A DNA stretch of 64,000 bases from Ylistrum balloti (Eukaryota): contig NW_026781974.1 in the NCBI RefSeq assembly GCF_031769215.1, positions 1,364,001 to 1,428,000 on the forward strand, read 5' to 3'. The notes under the pieces were generated by a model. The model worked only from the letters and a program-made list of their open reading frames with translations, had not been told where the DNA came from and searched no databases. Shown here piece after piece: positions 1 through 12,175 of the stretch (the stretch's first letter is position 1; each line of letters opens with the position of its first letter). Both the position numbers and the translations under genes were made by a program.

Positions 1-637
1 ATCTATTGAGCAACTGGACATTGCATACCTATGTCTTCCTTAAACTGTCCAACAAGCTTGAAAATTAGTACATATCCTTTTTTAGCACATCTTTTCATGT
101 TCCTGACTAAGTCAAACTATATGGTCCTTGAGAAACAGGGTCCTCTCTATACCAAATGAGTTTGGCTGTCATGTGGTGAGCATCGTCACAAACACAGTTA
201 TGCCTCTCATTTTCAGCATTCTCAGGGTCAACCTGTACTAATTGAATAACGAACCTCACTAATTGAAACTGATAATGCCCAATTAATACTCAAACAGTTT
301 TACAAAGTCTGCATTTCTTATCCAATCCAATTAAGGCTCATATTAAAAATGTGAAAGTTTAACGGTTTAATATTCCAGCTGTCAACAGTCTTGTAAAATA
401 ATGTCATGTCCTTTCTCTCCAACTTAATTAAGATCCCGTGTGCACAGCCAGTAAAATGGTGAGGCTCTGTATTCAACAAATATCAAAAATGAAGAATGAC
501 TTCTCTTTACACCTATCAGATATATCAATATCATGTTGTACACAATTAGACACCAGACATGCCTGCTATGTCTTAGAGCCAAAATATGAATACTGAAAAC
601 CAACATGTCAACATAATCAGAATCCAAACCCAAATTC

Positions 638-1320
638 AACAAGAGGCCTAGCAGCTTTGGCGGTCACCTGAGATAAGCGATATTGAATAATGAGGTTAAA
701 GGATAGTTATTAAAACTGTCATCCTATACTGATTATTCTTATAAAGTTATTTCCAGTGGGAAATAACCAACATTACGCTCAAAAATACAAATTTTCTATA
801 AAAATAACAGTAATGTCTAAAAAAATATTCCTTGCTCCGTCCATCAGCCCCTGGTGGTCAGTCAGGATCAAAATGGGCATCATCCTCCTCTCATAATTCT
901 AACCAAGTTTGAAATATTTCCATTGGAAATTAAACAAATTATGCTAAAAATATTTAGTTTACCTAAATAAACTATAGTAAACTTTACACCCTCCCCACTG
1001 GGGAATGTGACACCCTGGGGCCATGAAATTCACAATTGTGGTGAAGCACCTTAATATGCTTTCATACATGAAGAGTAATTGATTCTACCATATCTGGGCC
1101 TTGAGAAGGAGATTTTTGAAATCAGAGTAAATTTTCCCCCTTTTGGACCTACCCCTCAGGAACGGGACTGTAATATTCACAGTTTGGTTTCTTTTAGGCC
1201 AGGGAAGGTTTCTGCAAAATTTCAATAAAATCGAGTAAGGGGTTTTTGAGAAGAAGTTGAAAGTGTTAAATTGTTTATGGATGCATGACGCTGTCTTTGT
1301 CTCAGGTGACCCAATAAAAA
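638..1320. mobile_element. Non-autonomous MITE/HINE-like element with subterminal inverted repeats
   Basis: Starts AACAAGAGG. A perfect 11-bp inverted pair GGTCACCTGAG (662-672) / CTCAGGTGACC (1301-1311) is followed by an A-rich end. Internal motifs (GGGCCATGAAATTCACAAT, GAGATTTTTGAAA) resemble those near 38760-38860. Matches the architecture described for bivalve Helentron-associated/pearl-like elements; family assignment is inference. Confidence 0.55.
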
Positions 1321-2656
1321 TGTGATCAAAAGTAATATTTACACAAAGACTCCTGAAAAAGTACAAGAAAATAAGACCAGATGGTCCAGAAGAGTTGTTT
1401 TATCAACGTTACATGTCATGCAAATCTTGGTCAAAGTAATGAAGAATTTCTTCAGGTAACATGTAAAATCTTAACAGAAACTAATTAATCTTACGATGAA
1501 CAGCACTCTGATGCTATTAAAATAATTTACATATCAATTATTTTCTACCCTTGATACTCCTGGGTTACATTCACTATCACACTTTGCAGCCTTGGAATAC
1601 TTCATGGCTGGAGGTTCCAGGTGCTATACCCCGTGGATAAGATGAGGAAACTAGTTTGATCCTTTGATGTATATCAAATGAATCTCTAGGTCACACAACA
1701 GTATGTTGTATTGGCTTTGAAGTTGGGTGTCGCTCCTTTGTAATCTTTAAAGGAGCACATCAGTCTGTGATTGGTCGGCTTTTTCCTCCTGAAACCTGCT
1801 CTAGCCCCATCAAACTACTTGCTTGTGCCTTCAATTTTGTCAGGAAATGTTCCAGGGGTGCAGAGAGTTAAAGCGTTTGTAACCCCCGGAGTATCGAGGA
1901 TGAATATTTCCTTAAAAGCTGTTTCCAAATTATAGTACAAGTAATCAAATAACAAGGAACATATTCAATACTTGGAAATTCCTTTTCAATTTGTTTTCCT
2001 TCAAAACAAGTCAATTAACTTTAAAGGTATAGACACCATTTACATTATGTATTTGGGTAACTAAACCTTAATATCATAAAGATGTTCAATAAAAACAATG
2101 GCTTTTTTGTATTGTTTGTGAAGGTTGTATTCAAAGAAATCATCAAAGGCTTTCATGTGAACATTACATATACAATAAGATCAATAATTTAAAGATGGAA
2201 ATCCTGATGTTTGTTGTTATCGTATAGAGGTGCTTATAGTTCACTTGTGTGTCTATTGTACAATCTTATCTGGAAGCTGAAAACAGTACAAAGCTATCTT
2301 TTTCGAAATATGATTTCAGAGATATTACTGACAACTTATAGATACTTTTGTGCCAGAAAATGAAAATTTTGCTGTTTTATGTTGTTTTTTTTTTTGAAGT
2401 TTTATAAAAGCTAATGGTGTTTTGCGTAAGCCTCTGATCTCTGCTGTAAAGGAATCCAGTGGCTGGCTGAAGAGTACATTATGTATAAGAATTGATCTGT
2501 TTATTCTGGTCAGCACTTTATACCAGTGTTGTCTGTGTTTTAACTCAAAATGTCAAAAAAGTATCCAGTCAAAAAACAAATCATATATGTACATATATAC
2601 ACAAAAAAGAGGGGAAGGGAATGCTCATTACTCATCATTCCCACCCCAAAAAAGGA

Positions 2657-3153
2657 TGTCACAATGGTCAACGTCACAATGGTCAACATCTTGTCATAAT
2701 GGTCAACATCTTGTCACAATGGTCAACTTGTCACAATGGTCAACATCTTATCATAATGGTCAACATTTTGTCACAATGGTCAACATCTTGTCATAATGGT
2801 CAACATCTTGTCACAACGGTCAACATCTTGTCACAATTGTCAACATCTTGTCACAATGGTCAACATCTTGTCATAATGGTCAACATCTTGTCACATCAAC
2901 ATCTTATCACAATGGTCAACATCTTGTCACAATGGTCAACATCTTGTCATAATGGTCAACATCTTGTCACAACGGTCAACATCTTGTCATAATGGTCAAC
3001 ATCTTTTTACAATGGTCAACATCTTATCACATTGGTCAACATCTTATCACAATGGTCAACATCTTATCACATTGGTCAACATCTTATCACAATGGTCAAC
3101 ATCTTGTCACAATGGTCAACATCTTATCACATTGGTCAACATCTTATCACAAT
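2657..3153. repeat. Minisatellite, 20-bp unit AATGGTCAACATCTTGTCAC, about 25 copies
   Basis: Unit visible directly; explains the overlapping plus-strand ORFs at 2422-3174. Confidence 0.95.
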
Positions 3154-3930
3154 TATAGTATGTCTGTTATATGAAGGTACTTGAGTATAGGTATACATTA
3201 TTGTGGATAGGCCTGGTTGTTGATCATTGCAACATCAAGATCTTCCCTGATCACCTAAAAATATGGCCACACCCAGATGACCACGTTGAATTTTTCCCAG
3301 GGATATTGTCACTGACCATGTCAGTTTGCTGCTGTTGATATATAGACACAAGTGTAACTTTACAGGTATGTGTCTCTAATATGACTATATATCACTACAA
3401 ATTGGCCCTTTACCTAAATGTCTTGGGTTCAATTCCACCAACAAAAGTGACTCATATAGGCTGATATCTTGTTTTGTAATTGTAAAATAGTGAAGTTTGT
3501 ATTTTACGTAAAAAAATCCTGAAATGTCTTTTCCATAAAACAGTTTCTCCTGAACACAGCTTAACCCCATGTCACTATAATTTCTACTAGTGTCTAAACA
3601 TTTCCTGTGTACAATCATAATCTATATTACCTCTATTATGTGGCTATGATATGCCGACTTCTATATTGCTATAAGGTAATATGACCACATTTATCCAACA
3701 ATATGCCCTTGCCTGGTAATAAGCCCACCCACCCATTCATGCTGATTTTCGATACAATTACAAACCAATGCTATAACATTGTACTTACATAAGCCCATTC
3801 ATGATTTTAAGTACAAAGTTATGTATTTGCTGTTAAGACTTATTGCTGGATAAATACGGCAATGTCCAGTACTGCAATGCTTTCTTAGCCTTGACCTTTA
3901 ACCCTTCAGACTGTATACCTATATACTTAC

Positions 3931-3975
3931 CCATTCGTAGTAGTCCCAGCATGACTCCCAGGTGTACATGATCAT
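3931..3975 (-). CDS. Candidate alternative first coding exon (MIMYTWESCWDYYEW), phase 0
   Basis: ATG with A at -3 and an upstream in-frame TAG, 15 codons, then strong donor TGG|GTAAGT. Phase 0 matches the donor of the large SCHIP1 exon. No homology support. Confidence 0.3.
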
Positions 3976-4574
3976 GTTTCCTATCTACAATGTCTTACAA
4001 CATCCTGTACCAACAGTAACACAAGTTCTACCACAATTCTTCAATCTTCAATCAAGTGTTTATGTTTCCATATATTAATTCAATCCAATAGAAGAAGGCA
4101 TTTATAAACAGTAAATTCTCTGTAATTATCATAAACAGAATGGTGAAGTTTTCATAACACAATTGCTGTTGAATTTCATGACCATTTTCTGAAGTAACAC
4201 CATTAAAATTTAATTAATCCGATGGTTAGCTCCATATAAACTGCATTAAAATTCCATTAATCCATTTGTAAGCTCCAAGGGAAATGCCATCAAGTATCCA
4301 TTGGTAAGTTCCAATTGAACAACACATCCTATAAATAAATTCCCACAGAATAATCACTTACAAAAACCTACAAGTTTTTTTTTTATTGAAAACTCATTGT
4401 TATACTTAGTTTTCATATCACAATCACAGTGACTTCTGTAACACAGGAGAAGTGAGGGAACATGTACCTCCCCAGTGTTAAGTAAACAGCTGTGTTGCTA
4501 CACCACCTGGGCTGCTAATGGCAACAAGGCTGTGAGGATTAGTTAAGTATAGGAATAGGTAGGGAGGGGGTACG

Positions 4575-4998
4575 GAGACTGACAAAGATAGAGATTACCT
4601 GACTGTGGGGTGTAGAAGCTGATAGAGATAGTGATTACCTGAGTAACTGTGGGGTATAGAGACTCATAGAGATAGGTGATTACCTGAGTAACAGTGGGGT
4701 ATAGAGGCTGATAAAGATAGGTGATTACCTGAGTAACTGAGGGGTATAGAGGCTGATAGAGATAGGTGATTACCTGAGTAACTGTGGGGTATAGAGACTG
4801 ATAGAGATAGGTGATATCCTGAGTAACTGTGGGATATAGAGGCTGATAGAGATAGTGGTTATCTGACTAATTTTAGAGGTATAGAGGCTGATAGAGATAG
4901 TGATTACCTGAGTAACTGTGGGGTATAGAGGCTGATAGAGATAGTGATTACCTGAGTAACTGTGGGGTATAGAGGCTGATAGAGATAGTGATTACCTG
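4575..4998. repeat. Minisatellite, 44-45-bp unit GATAGAGATAGGTGATTACCTGAGTAACTGTGGGGTATAGAGGCT, about 9 copies
   Basis: 45-bp periodicity measured at 4671/4716/4761. Confidence 0.95.
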
Positions 4999-6779
4999 TT
5001 TAATCAGTCATTAACACAATCACTAAAGAAGTAACACCTGGTGTACTTTAATATACCTCTCCAATTCCTTAGATACCATACATCTCCTTTACTTACTGCT
5101 AGGAAATCTGTACACTGTCTGAATCAATCCTGCGTCATATTAATATCTCCGTGTTTGGAAAAGGTATCACAATTTGTAAATCATATCTCCACAATTAGTA
5201 CTCCAGTCCATGTCAAGACGGTGATAGGTAACGAAGGTTACTCCTGCTACAGAACTAAATACTACACATTGTTTCCATCACATTGCCAATTGCCTGACAA
5301 GCACCTAGCTCATATAGTGATGACTCCAAGTACACCCTGCATAGGATAAAACATATTATATATGAATGTGCAGTTATCGGAAGCAGGTGCTTTGTCAGTA
5401 CTTCATACAAGACTCCTCCTGTTCCAGCCATGTTAATCTCATTACAGATATATACAGCTGATGTGTTTCAATTAAAGAAAACACTAATTATGACTTGCAG
5501 TCAAATAATAAGAAAATTCCAATGAACACATCCATTCAAATGATAAATGTAAACTCAATATAGTATAACCAGAAACATGATTACCAACCTCTGAAAGGCT
5601 CAATAAAGTTCCAACCATGGAATTAGTTATGTACCAGTAATCATAGGATAAACTAGAATCCTATGGGATTCCAATATTAAACACAGCGCACAATTTTCAA
5701 TGGAAATGAAAATTTAGAATTTCACATAAAACTCCAACATGAAATTGTCACCAGAGATCTAAATTAAGTCTCATGTAAAATATTTCATTTAAAAAATATT
5801 TTTGTTCCTGAACTCTTCATCGATATTCCTGTGTGATTACACCATTACATAATTACTGTGGCATTATACTGCAGCTGCACTCAATATACAGATATAACCG
5901 TCATTCTGCTTGCAGTACATCAAATGTCAATATGTATGGAGGATACAAAATCCAATTTCAAACACTTTTATATTATTTCTCCTGAGAAAAGCTCTCCGGA
6001 GTATCTTTACAACATGTGGATGAATGATGATTGGATCTTTAAAACCTCTCAATCCATTATATTAAGAAGACACTGCTATACCTTCAGCAAATACACTCAC
6101 AGTTAATATCGCCAGATTAACAGAAGAATTTTCGTCAGATTCACATATGTTAAAAGTCTGGAGCGTCAAGTGACATCCACGTTAGCAAGGATCTACTTTA
6201 TCAACATCAGACTAAGTCAACACCATTTTTGCCAATAGAACAGATACATTAGAAAGACAGAGGCTGTTAGATCCATGTGATGAAACCTCCTGTATCTTAC
6301 AAGAAAGATCCTAATTCCTGACATATGTTAGCAAGTTAGTCATCCACACTGACAGCTCGAGATCTCCATCACAATCTTCCCACCACAGCAGCTAAAGTTG
6401 TAGATAACTTAACATTTTTACTTTCTCTGCCACATAGTTTTATAAAACAAAATCCTCTCCATTAGATATGAATCAGAATACCTACTACAGAAGAAGGTAA
6501 CAATCAGAGTGTCATAAACACTGTATCATCACGCATTATCTGACATTTACAAAATGTCAAATCGCTCCATCCCAAGTCTTCTAATGGTACAATCATCTGA
6601 TCAACCTTCTCGGTTTCTTTTTTTATAACTTAATCTCCGATTAGTACAATTTCATCAAACTTTTTTTTTTAAATCCAGTTGTTATGCAAAGATTTCTGAA
6701 AAATAAATATTTGACTTTTAAGCCCACTACAATGGCCATGTACTTGTTCATATGTGTTTGGTAGCAAATCTTCGGATCA

Positions 6780-6945
6780 CTGGAAATTCTGCCGCCATGG
6801 GATCAAATTTCTGACAACTGAATATTCTCCTGAAGGGATCAAACTTCCAGCAATCGGATATTTTTCCATAGGGATCTGATTTCTGACAATTGGAAATTCT
6901 CCTGTCTGGATCAAACTTTTGATAGAAGAATATTTTCCCATAGAG
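6780..6945. repeat. Degenerate tandem repeat, about 33-bp unit (GGGATCAAATTTCTGACAA..), about 5 copies
   Basis: Recurring GGATCAAA / ATATTCTCC motifs; source of ORF 6748-6957. Confidence 0.7.
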
Positions 6946-8125
6946 ATTATGGTTCATGTAGTAGCTCCATTAAATTTCCACACAAATTGCTAGTAGGTGG
7001 TGGGGTCACAATGTTGTGTCTGTCCAATTGTTCTTCAGTTCAAGGACATTGAAGGATATAGATCATCACTCACACACATACACACCCACTATGACTATAA
7101 AGGTATATAGGCTTGCCTTTATCTAGCTGAAAAAGAAATAATTCAATATTCGGAGTTGGTAACAGTGTAATCAATGAATGGTATACGACTACTGTGGTAG
7201 TCACATTCCCAGAGATGTTTGAACCTCAAGTGGTCTTATCATAACACATCCAAGTGAAAGGTGTGAAAATTAAGTGGTAAAAGTTTGAGATCCTTCAACA
7301 TAATTATTCATAATACAATTATGAAATCAATGCCATCTGTTTTACAGTGCTTCAGGTTTCTATATATACACAGTAGGATATTATATATACTCCAGAGTCC
7401 TTACATCATGTCTTCAGTTACACAGATCCAGATATTCCATGAATGTACTATAATGAGGAAATAAAACAGTGATACTGTACATCTCCAAGTGTTTCTAAAA
7501 CGGGACCACACGTAGACAAAATTACAGCACAACTATAGATATGGCGGGCAATGCTATATCTACAAGTTATGAGACAGATAATTACTATTCCATGAATGAG
7601 AAAGAAACTGTAGCAATGGAATTTCCCTGGGAATATAAAGAGGCAAAACCTTACATAAAGAACCAATGAGAGAATGTTGTCAGTGATGTAATCTGGACAC
7701 TTGAGAATCAAAACTGTGCTGGAGGTTATGTGATTTGTGGATGAATGTAAGACAATGATGTAGTAGATAACTGTATATTGATTGTCACACTGTCTGCTGA
7801 CTTCCAATTAGACCTCAAACAATCACCCATCATCACCATCACATGGTATATGTAGACAGTGTGTACTGTTATATCTTAACACTATACATCATATTGTAAT
7901 GTTTTATCACTTTAAAAATTAGTTCAAATACATGAAGAATTGCTATTATGGCTTTACCAACAAAAATATATCAATAGATCCTATGTATTTACCTTTCTGC
8001 AATAATTTTCTGACCCAACCTTACTTACACAACCTTGACAGTCCCAAGACATTGCTGCTATGACCTTGACATTGTCATCTTATGAGTGTGACCTTGTTGA
8101 AATCACTGTGATATTGCCATCTTAC

Positions 8126-8179
8126 TGTTGTGTCCTTGGCAGAGTCGCCTTGCTTCTGAGTCCTTAACAGTGTGTTCAT
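8126..8179 (-). CDS. Weak candidate alternative first coding exon (MNTLLRTQKQGDSAKDTT), phase 0
   Basis: ATG after an in-frame TAA, 18 codons, donor ACA|GTAAGA. Weak Kozak context; could be chance. Confidence 0.2.
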
Positions 8180-9760
8180 TGGGTTATAACTTTAACATTT
8201 CCACCTTGCTTACTATGCCCTTGACATGACATCGTGACCTTGATGTATGACCTTGACACCTTCACCTTTGATGGTGATGTTGTTGATGATTTACCACCTT
8301 CACTTCCATAATCAGGGAAATCTTTAAGCTGGGTCTTCCATTAGGTAAACGGTCAAATCAGATGTTAATCTGTGGTTTACTTTCCAAAACTCTTGAAGAA
8401 TTAGGTAACTGATAAAATTCAGATATTTTCACGCTCCAGTGTTAACACATCCAGAAATCTGAAGATGACTTAATCTGGCAATATCTCAAAGTGATGTCAA
8501 ATGTTCTCAAAATTCAGCCATGTGTATTAGGTACACACACGATGCATATGGTATTGGCACTATAGAGTAACTTGGTGTTCACTGTAATATCTAACAACCT
8601 GTATGTACAACCTCAGACCTACGCACCTTTCATGGTGTCAATTTTTCAGGCTGTAAAAGTTTTCCAGACAAATGAAGTCTCTGTAATTGACGAATGACAT
8701 GGTATAAAATCTAGCAATCACCTTATATCACCATATAGATACAAAGCCACACTTCCATATCAGATAAGATACTGTAGACCAGAACAGCTATGTATGCTAT
8801 TCAATATCGTTTTTCATAACCTGAAGGAAACAGTAAGTGATTACTTAAGCTTCAGTCTTCTCTGTCTGCTATTTATAGAACAAAGTTTCATCACTCTGAC
8901 GCATACTCAATTGGTTAAAAACACAATTGTGGAAATCATTCTTGTTTTCAACCAGTGACTTCTAATCTAGAAACCATTGATTTGAACACAATCAAAACTA
9001 ATCTGAACCAAAAAACAGAATTTCATCATTTCATTGGATTCTGCAGCGCTGCTGCCATTCCTTTTGATTCTGGCATTGTGATGCAAAAAATGTCCTGATG
9101 AAATTTCTCCTATGTCATAACTTCCCTGCATAGCTATAAATGCAAATACAATGCAGCATAAACCAACAGCTATATCATGTATCAACCACTTCAGGTTTGC
9201 TGGATGGAGCAAGTTCAATAATAATTCGTAAAAATCCAACACCACAACGAAATGATAACAAATGTCATTAACACACACACAGAATCCAACACCAGAGCTC
9301 TGATTAAGAACAGCGACAGAAATTCGACAGGAATTCGTAAAATGATTATCAGAAAAATCCCAATAACATAATGAATTCTTTTAAATGTACATTTGACACA
9401 TAGTGCCTCCAAATATCTTTTAAAATTGTTAATATAACAATATAAATCCAAGTGGAAGTGAACCCTTACCAAAAGGGACTTTACAGTGTGTAGCACTGCA
9501 AACAGATACCGAAAATTATTTATACTTTTTGGACAGATTGCCGAAGAAAATGTTAGGTGATCCTTTAGGTACCGTAACAATATCAGAGAAAAACTTAATC
9601 ACTCTAAACATGATCTTATGATCAACAAGTGAGTCACCGAGTTTAGCGCTGACTGCAGTGATGCAGTGTGATTCATCTAAAACACAGGTGATGTTATAGT
9701 CACAACTTCCCAGAACCGCTACAGCTTTACCGCATCAGAAATTCATATCCCAAAACTTCT

Positions 9761-9892
9761 TCATTTCACCAGAGAAACTTTGCCCTGAAGTACAATTTCA
9801 CCATCTGTTGAAGTCAGTGGCATGGAACCCGAAGAAAATTTAACCTGTCTGATTTCTGTCTGTTTGGGAAAATCATTTCCAGAGATGTTCAC
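9761..9892 (-). CDS. Candidate alternative terminal exon (VNISGNDFPKQTEIRQVKFSSGSMPLTSTDGEIVLQGKVSLVK*), phase 0
   Basis: Acceptor TTCTTTGCCATTAG|G. The phase-0 frame is open for 43 codons to TGA; the other two frames stop within 7 codons. Phase matches the 21552 donor. Confidence 0.3.
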   Translation of the reverse strand: MNISGNDFPKQTEIRQVKFSSGSMPLTSTDGEIVLQGKVSLVK

Positions 9893-10478
9893 CTAATGGC
9901 AAAGAATTAATTGGGAAAAGCGCAGTTATGTTGTTGGCACGTGAGCAGCAATCGATAGTCAAACAATGCTGTTATATAAATTAGGATCAATATTATATCC
10001 TGCTTCGTGAGACTGACAATTTTTATATAGTGTATCCAGGGTACAATGTCCCCACACAAAGACGTTTGACCAACCTTTGGCTACCTGTTAGAACGTCTAG
10101 ACATCTAGTTCCAAATCAATCATACATTGTACTGAAGGTAGTGTACAAAATCATTCCTTTGTAAAGTCATAATTACATATTAACAACCTTATAATTATAA
10201 GCTCTTGTTTGATTGTCAAACAAAGTGACATTAAGCTCAACATACAAATCATAAAGAAAGCGCTGAGAAGTAAACTTGACACAAACATCTGGCTAAAATT
10301 TTCAATTTTTGTTAATTGATTTAGAGAAAAAAGTGAAAAGTGAAATTAACACTGGAATATAACTAAATGAAATGAAACCCACACATATACAGATAACAAA
10401 AATGACTAGAGATTACACACACACATATATATATATACTAGCATAGAAAAAACTTGATTTGACAAGATGCGGGTAAAT

Positions 10479-10545
10479 TATAAATAAAAATGATTTTTGA
10501 CAAAAGTTGTCAAGTCAAGTTTGTCAAAAATCATTTTTATTTATA
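10479..10545. repeat. Perfect 26-bp inverted repeat with 15-nt loop
   Basis: TATAAATAAAAATGATTTTTGACAAA (10479-10504) is the exact reverse complement of 10520-10545. Confidence 0.9.
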
Positions 10546-11029
10546 CTAGCATATATATATACTAGCAACACCAAATGAGATAATATGAACATGAAAATTA
10601 TCTCCCTTTTCCTTTGCGCTGGATATCTGGTCATTTAGTCTCAATTGATTTATTGTTACCAGAACTTCAATCACTAATGAGCACGAATCCATATTTATCT
10701 TCTCTTTCACTAGTAATGATCATATCAAAATAGCTCCTCTACAGAGTTGCCTCCCCTTTTCTACACATTTTGGAAATGCCAAAAAACCTGATAAAAAGCC
10801 CTCAACCTTAAAACCATACATACACATTCCTGTTTACATAATGTTATGTAATTCTGAATTCCTGAGTAATACTGGTATCAGAGATAAAGGAAATACTTTA
10901 ATAAAGTCACAACTTATATCAGAGATGAAAAAAAAAACTTTATAAAAAGCCACAATCTGCATATTGCTGCAACATGCATATTCAAACAACATAAAATATG
11001 ATTGTCAACATTCAACGCGTTTAAATGTG

Positions 11030-11120
11030 GCTGACTTCCAAATAAACAATGGAAGACGGGGAAGCAGACTTCCAAATAAACAATGGAAAATAGGTGAAAC
11101 AGACTTCCAAATAAACGGAT
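11030..11120. repeat. Short tandem repeat GACTTCCAAATAAACAATGGAA, about 3 copies
   Basis: Directly visible. Confidence 0.8.
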
Positions 11121-11499
11121 GCAGGTGTTAGAAAATACAAAACAAGGTTCTGTTAGAAGATTACTTTAAGTTTAACAATATTGTAAGTACTAAACTGGGA
11201 AAGCATAAAAAAACCAGAATGTTACTGGTAAATGTATGGAAGTGACAAACATTCCTAACAAGCAGAAATGACAGAGCAGCTTGTTAAATCTCAGAAACAT
11301 AAACCAGCCTTTCTGCTTCACTTCCCTTGTACTTACACACACAATGAGACTGGGTTTCACTGTAGAGAACAATTACTCAGGATCAGATATCAATGAAATA
11401 TGGTTCCTGTTTTAGGAAGTAAAGAACAATTATTTCTGACACATAAAAGAAGCAGATTGCTATGCTGCATTTTAAATGGATCAAAATGATTTACATCAA

Positions 11500-12175
11500 A
11501 TTGTCCTTGGCAACCACTGCTACAAGTAATATTGTCCCTGACAACCATTGCAGCCTAGATAGGCCACCACCTTAGACCAGTAGTATTGTTCCTGACAACC
11601 ACTACAGCCTAGGCAGGCCACCACCTTACACCAATAGTATTGTTCCTGACAACCACTGCAGCCTAGAAAGGCCACCACCTTACACCAGTAGTATTGTTCC
11701 TGACAACCACTGCAGCCTAGAAAGGCCACCACCTTACACCAGTAGTATTGTTCCTGACAACCACTACAGCCTAGACAGGTCACCACCTTACACCAGTAGT
11801 ATTGTTCCTGACAACCACTACAGCCTAGACAGGTCACCACCTTACATCAGTAGTATTGTTCCTGACAACCACTACAGCCTAGGCAGGCCACCACCTTACA
11901 TCAGTAGCATTGTCCCTGACAATCACTGCAGCCTTGCCAGGCAACCACCATATATGTATTTGTAGTAATATCCCTGAAAACCACTGCAGCCTTGGCAGGC
12001 AACCACCATATATTTGTAGTAATATCCCTAACAACCACTGCAGCCTTGCCAGGCAACCACCATATATTTATAGTGATATCCCTGACAACCACTGCAGCCT
12101 TGGCAGGCAACCACCATATATTTGTAGTAATATCCCTGACAACCACTGCAGCCTTGCCAGGCAACCAGCTTGCAT
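11500..12175. repeat. Minisatellite, 54-bp unit with core CCTGACAACCACTGCAGCC, about 12 copies in two variant blocks
   Basis: Block A (to about 11905) contains ..GGCCACCACCTTACACCAG; block B contains ..GGCAACCACCATATATTTG. Gives 18-aa periodic ORFs. Confidence 0.95.

Noticed and set aside
2422-3174. Overlapping ORFs with SQWSTSCHNGQHLV repeats
   Set aside because: 20-bp minisatellite artefact.
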